64,000 nucleotides of DNA from the human T2T-CHM13v2.0 reference genome, Homo sapiens, in NCBI RefSeq assembly GCF_009914755.1, contig NC_060926.1. One strand, given 5' to 3'. The notes under the pieces are model-generated. The model made no database searches and was not told where the DNA came from. It saw only the letters and a program-made list of their open reading frames with translations. A program made the translations under genes and the position numbers. Shown here piece by piece: positions 58,548 to 64,000 of the stretch; position 1 is the stretch's first letter; every line of letters starts with the position of its first letter.

Positions 58548-58565
58548 CTTGAAAGCAGCCAGTTT

Positions 58566-61473
58566 TTTTTCTTTCCAACTTTTATTTTAGGTTCAGAGGG
58601 GACACGTGCAGGTTTGTTACCTGGGGAAATTGTTTGTCACAAGGTTTTGGTTTATAGATTATTTCTTTACTCAGGTAATGAGCACAGTACTCGATAGATA
58701 GTTTTTTGATGTTCAGCCTCCTCCCACCCTTCCACCCTCCAGCAGGCTCCCATGTCTATTGTTCCCTTAGTGTCCATGTGTACTCAATGTAGCTCCCACT
58801 TATAAGTGTGAACATGTGGTATTTGGTTTTCTGTTTCTGCATTAATTTGCTTAGGATAATGGCCTACAGTTGCATCCATGTTGCTGCAAAGGACATAGTT
58901 TCATTCTTTTTTATGGCTGTATAGTATTCCATGGTGTATATGTACCACATTTTCTTTATCCAGTCCAACACTGATGGGCATTTAGGTTGATTCCATGTCT
59001 TTGCTATTGTGAATAGTGCTGCAATGAATATATACATGCATGTATCTTTACGGTAGAATGATTTATATTCCTTTGGGTATATACCTAGTAGTGGGATTGC
59101 TGAGTCAAATGGTAGCTCTGTTTTAGGTTCTTTGAGAAAACTCCAAACTGCTTTCCACAGTGGCTGAACTAATTTACACTCCCACCAACAGTATGTAGGT
59201 GTTAACTTTTCTCCACAACCTTGCCAGCATCTGTTATTTTTTTGACTTTTTAATAATAACCATTCTGACTGGTATGAGATGGTATCTCATTGTGGTTTTG
59301 ATTTAAATTTCTCTGATGATTGGTGATGTTGAGCATTTTTTTCATATGCTTGTTGGCTGCGTGTATGCCTTCTTTTGAGAAGTGTCCATTCATGTCATTT
59401 GCTAATTTTAATGGGTTTTCTTTTGTTTGTTAATTTTTTAAGTTCCTTATAGATTCTGGATATTAGACCTTTGCTGGATGCATAGTTTGCAAATATTTTC
59501 TCCCATTCTGTAAACTGTCTGCTTACTCCATTGATAGTATCTCTTGCTGTGCAGAAGCTCTTTAGTTTAATTAAGTCCCACTTGTCAATTTTTGCTTTTG
59601 TTGCAATTGCTTTTGGAGGCTTCATCATGAAATATTTGCCAGGGTATATGTCCAGAATAGTATTAATATTTCCTAGGTTTTCTTCTAGGGTTTTTATACT
59701 TTTATGTTTTACATTTAAGTCTTCAATACATCTTGAGTTGATTTTTGTATATGGTGAAAGGAAGTGGTCCAGTTTCAATCTTCCACGTATGGCTAGCCAG
59801 TTATGACAGCACCATTTATTGAATAGGGAGTCCTTTTCCCGTTGCTTGTTTTTGTTGAACTTGTTGAAGATTAGACAGTTGTAAGTGTGTGGCTTTATTT
59901 CTGGGTTCTCTAACTTGTTCCATTCGTCTATATGACTGTTTTTGTACCATATCATGCTGTTTGGGTTACTGTAGCCCTGTACTGTAGTTTGAGGTCAGGT
60001 AGTGTGATGCTTCTGGCTTTGTTCTTTTTGCTTAGGATTGCCTTTGGCTATTCTTTTTTCATTCCGTATGATTTTAGAATAGTTATTCCTAGTTCTGTAA
60101 AAAGTGTCATCAGTAGTTTGATAGGAACAGCATTGCATCTGTAAAGTGCTTTGGGCAGTGTGGCCATTTTAACACTATTGATTCTTACTATCCATGATAA
60201 TGGAATGTTCTTCCACTTCTTTGTGTTGTCTCTAATTTCTTTCAGCAGTGTTTTGTAATTCTCATTGTAGAGATCTTTCATCTCCCTGGTTAGCTATATG
60301 TATTCCTAGGCATTTTATTCCTTTTGTGTGGCTATGGTGAATGGGATTGAGTTCTTGATTTGGCTCTCAGCTTGAATGTTATTGATGCACAGAAATACTA
60401 TTGATTTTTGTATACTTATTTTATGTCCTAAAACAGCTGAAGTTGTTTATCAGATCTAGGAAAGTCTGGGCAGAAACTATGGCATTTTCTAGGTACAGAA
60501 GCATACTGTCTGCAAAGAGATAAGTTTGACTTCTCTCCCTATTTCGATATATTTGATTTCTTTCTCTTGCCTGATTGCTCTAGCTAACACTTCCAGTAAG
60601 TACTATGTTGAATAGGAGTGGTGAGAATGGGCATCCTTGTTTTGTTGTGGCTCTCAAGGAGGATGCTTTCAGCTTTTGCCCATTCAGTATGATGTGGGCT
60701 GTGGGTTTGTCATAGATGGTTCTTATTATTTTGAGGTACGTTCTTTTGATGCCTAGTTTGTTGAGGGTTTTTAACATAAAGGAATGTTGAATTTTATTGA
60801 AAGCCTTTTCTGAGTCTACTGAGATAATCATGTAGTTTTTGTTTTTAGCTCTGTCCATGTATTGAATCACATTTAGTGATTTGCATGTGTTGAAACAACC
60901 TTGCATCCCAGGAATAAAGCCTACTTGATCGTATTGGATTAGCATTTTCATGTCCTCCTGGATTCAGTTTGCTGGTATTTTGTTGAGGAGTTTTACATCT
61001 ATGCTCATCAGGGATATTGGCCTGAATTTTTCTTTATTTGTTTGTTATGTCTCTGCCAGGCTTTGGTATCAGCATGATGTTGGCCTCATAGAATGAGTTG
61101 GATAGGAGTCCCTTCTCCTCTATTTTTCTGAATAGTTTCAGTGGTATTTGTGCCAACTCTTATTTATATGTCTGGTAGAATTCAGCTGTGAATCTGTCTG
61201 ATCCATGGCTTTTCCTGGTTGGTAGGCTTTTCATTACTGATTCAATTTCAGAACTCATTGTTGGTCTGTTCAGAGTTTCAATTTTTTCCTAGTTCAGTCT
61301 TGGGAAGTTGTATATTTCTAGGAAATTATGCATTTCTTCTAGGTTTTCCAGTTTGTGTGTGTAGAGGTGCTCATAATAGTGGCACTGTCCCCTTTGTCAT
61401 TGCTGATTGTGTTTTTTGGATCTTCTCTCTTTTTCCTTTATTAGTCTAGCTAGCAGTCTATCAATCTTATTTT
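58566..61473 (-). mobile_element. 5'-truncated L1PA15/16
   Basis: 3' UTR type and ORF2 RT/C-terminal fragments; TSD ttgaaagcagccagttt / ttgaaagtaagcaattt (13/17). Confidence 0.92.
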
Positions 61474-61865
61474 TTGAAAGTAAGCAATTTAAAGAAGCTA
61501 AAGCTAAAAGATCTTCCCCCTCAGTACTACAAATTTCAGAAAATAATAATGCAGACATGGTACTGTTTATCAATAGGTCATAATGAAATACTACCTCCAG
61601 GAGAATATCTGAAGACAAAATTAATGTATCTTCTAACATCTAACTATGCACAGAGATATAAGTAGCATAATAAGGCAATTAAAAGAAAAAAGAAGTTAGA
61701 GGAAGATTGTTTAATACAAGCAGTAGCATTATATTTTTTGGAAACTAGCAGGAAAAGTTGCTCCTGACCTACTAAGTGTAAGTGAACAAAAACGGTCTTT
61801 CAGAAACTGGACCCACATCTGAAGCTGTATGGCTCCTATTCAAAGGAGCTTACTTGGCCAAACAC

Positions 61866-62033
61866 CAGGACCTGGACGAGGGTGAGAGAAGTGAGGAGCC
61901 TGGGCTCAAACTTTGAGTAGGTGCTCACTTTCAAGGCTGACATTGCACTTGTATGATCCTGAGAGTGAAGGGGCCTCCTTAAATTCTGACCACTAGGCTG
62001 GCTGGCATCTTAATCACCTCACCCTTGTCCTGT
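61866..62033. mobile_element. MER96-like hAT MITE
   Basis: Imperfect palindrome agggtgag...ctcaccct with gcacttgtatgatcctgagagtga core. Confidence 0.7.
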
Positions 62034-62069
62034 GAAAATGCTTTTTGACAAATGTGATACTTTTTAAAA

Positions 62070-62270
62070 GTAATGTCATATACTAAATTTTATTTACATC
62101 TTATGATAACCCTAGGAAGTAAATATATAATTATCCTCATTGTACAGATGAGGAGACTGAGGCTCAAGGTTAAGTGATAACTTGCAGTTATCCCACTGCA
62201 AGTTGAATAGCATGACTTGAACGTGGGCTTTGTGACTTTAGTGTTGGCATCCTTCCACTCAGTGCTCCAT
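62070..62270 (-). mobile_element. MIR
   Basis: attatcctcattgtacagatgaggagactgaggctcaaggttaagtga. Confidence 0.85.
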
Positions 62271-62279
62271 TCCCATGCC

Positions 62280-62638
62280 ATCATGGACTGCTTCTCTCTG
62301 AGTTCCACAGGGGTTCCTTCCAGCAGGCATCAAGGAAATTTTCAATATACAGTCTCATGAACATGAACTGAAAATATTTGGGAAGTTAAAATAAACTCAT
62401 TCTTCATCTAACTATTCATCCAATCGCTATTTAGGACCAGCACTAAGAGTTACGTATTTCTAACAAAAAGAATCCTTGATTCATATTTTCTAAGAACATA
62501 CACTGACACTTTTAATGGCTTTTGACCAAGAGTTAATTATGCCCCTCAAAGAGGCCACTCCACGTTATCCACACTCATGATATTCTCTTCAATATGAAGG
62601 TCCAAGTAAATATCAATCAATCACAGTGCCATATGTCA
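62280..62638 (-). pseudogene. Two candidate exon remnants (62508-62638; about 62280-62367)
   Basis: Acceptors aattttattcag and aatattttcag; donor AGT|GTCAGT; joined frame ...ASLRGIINSWSKAIKS|FMFMRLYIENFLDACWKEPLWNSE. Confidence 0.35.
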
Positions 62639-63669
62639 CTGAATAAAATTATTCCTGAAAAAAATATTTTCTACATCAAACACTGACTTGGAGATAATAT
62701 GATTCAGTATTTTTTAACCCAGTGTTGTCACAAAAGGAAACATAGGATTCTGATTATACATTAATGATTTTATTAAAATTATGTTAATAGATGCTGTATT
62801 AAATCTGATCTAAAAATTTTTTAACCTAAAACCATTTTGTAATACACCACAAAAAATGATAAAAAAAATATATTTTAATTCCTAAGAAGTGGAGTTGTTC
62901 TGTGGAAAGGAGTTTTGGAGTAAAAATAAATGAATAACAGAATAGGTGGTGGTGGGGGTTGCAGATTCAGTTTGTATTTTTCAGGAAACACATAGCCCCA
63001 GTTAGGAGAAGTAGCCTGTTGAAGGTCATCCAGTTAGTGGCAGGGCCAGGACCCACATCTCCTAACCCCCAATTCAAAGCGCTTCCTCTGAACCCTGCTG
63101 CCTCCTGATAGCACATCAGGTGATTTCACCTTCATGCCAAAACAAAGCAAAACAAAACAAAAAAACCCAGAAATATTGCACAACTCAATTTTCTATTTTC
63201 TTATTTAACATGTGGAATAACTTTCATCTATAGTTTAAGGCTACTCTCTCCCCCAGACTAAAGGGATACAGCAGTTTTAACCAAATTTCTGCACACTAGT
63301 TATGTTTCCTATGCTGCTTTATGTAGTGAAAAAAAAAATACAGTCAAAAGTAAGGATCACAAAGAGGAATTAGGTTGTTTGTTTTTCCTGTGCCTGACAC
63401 ATGCTCCTGTATTATTTTCTTATAATGCTGAAATTCATCAAATATAGTCCATGCTCATTTTTCTACTTGGTGCTTCATTGGCTGGCATTTATTTACGCAT
63501 AGTGAGAATGGGAGAAAGAGCCATTCCCCAGGCAGGGGCATAAGTAGCTCAGTGTTTGTTGTAAGGGAGGGAAAGAGTAGTTTCAGATACTAGGAGACAA
63601 GTAGAAAAAGAGTAAGTGTGAACATGGACACTTATACACAGGCATGTGTGTAATTCCAAGCGACATTTG

Positions 63670-63842
63670 TATGCATTATCTCATGCAATCTTCACAAGGA
63701 CCTTAGGAAGTAGGTACTATTGTTATTCTCATTTTTTTTTTTTTACATGAGGAATTTGACTTACAAAGTGACTGACCCAAGATCACACAGCTACTATGTG
63801 ACAGAACCAGGATCTGAACTGAGGCTATCTGACTCCAAAAAC
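63670..63842 (-). mobile_element. MIR
   Basis: gtgactgacccaagatcacacagcta...accaggatctgaactgaggctatctgactccaaa. Confidence 0.85.
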
Positions 63843-64000
63843 CCACAGGGAGGAAAATTTTCTCCCTTCGGTTTCTGGAGGTTGATTTGCTACCCCTCGC
63901 TATCAAAATAGAAAGGAGTGCAAATGGTCAGGCCTTTATCAGGGACAAGTAATTTCTTAATGACTGAAGTTCTCTAGTAATACTGTCTTCTTCTTTTGTT

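Overview
Primate genomic DNA, almost certainly human: it carries an AluYb8 with the 7-bp diagnostic duplication and an SVA_F-like element. It is AT-rich, roughly 60% interspersed repeat, and has no intact host protein-coding gene, RNA gene or CRISPR array. Main repeats: (i) an MST-type solo LTR (5-bp TSD TCCCT) split by a full-length L1MA1/2, which itself hosts two Alus, a MER30 and an RPL27 processed pseudogene; (ii) an AluY split by a full-length L1PA3/4 that retains the 129-bp ZNF93-site segment and an ORF0-like frame and hosts an AluYb8; (iii) a citrate synthase processed pseudogene lacking about 200 internal codons; (iv) a full-length SVA inside an L2; (v) a 5'-truncated L1PA15/16; plus many Alu, MIR, L2, LTR and MER copies. 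The main unexplained signal lies in the unique DNA between repeats. Across the whole window the minus strand shows about 20 exon-sized blocks bounded by polypyrimidine-AG acceptors and GT donors. Several join into one mostly open, protein-like frame with scattered stops, suggesting a decayed multi-exon gene (candidate unitary pseudogene) whose protein I cannot name. There are also several short locally templated duplications and palindromes. From memory only and unverified, an RPL27 and a CS pseudogene about 33 kb apart would fit human 2p15 between MDH1 and UGP2. Subfamily calls were made by eye against remembered consensus sequences.
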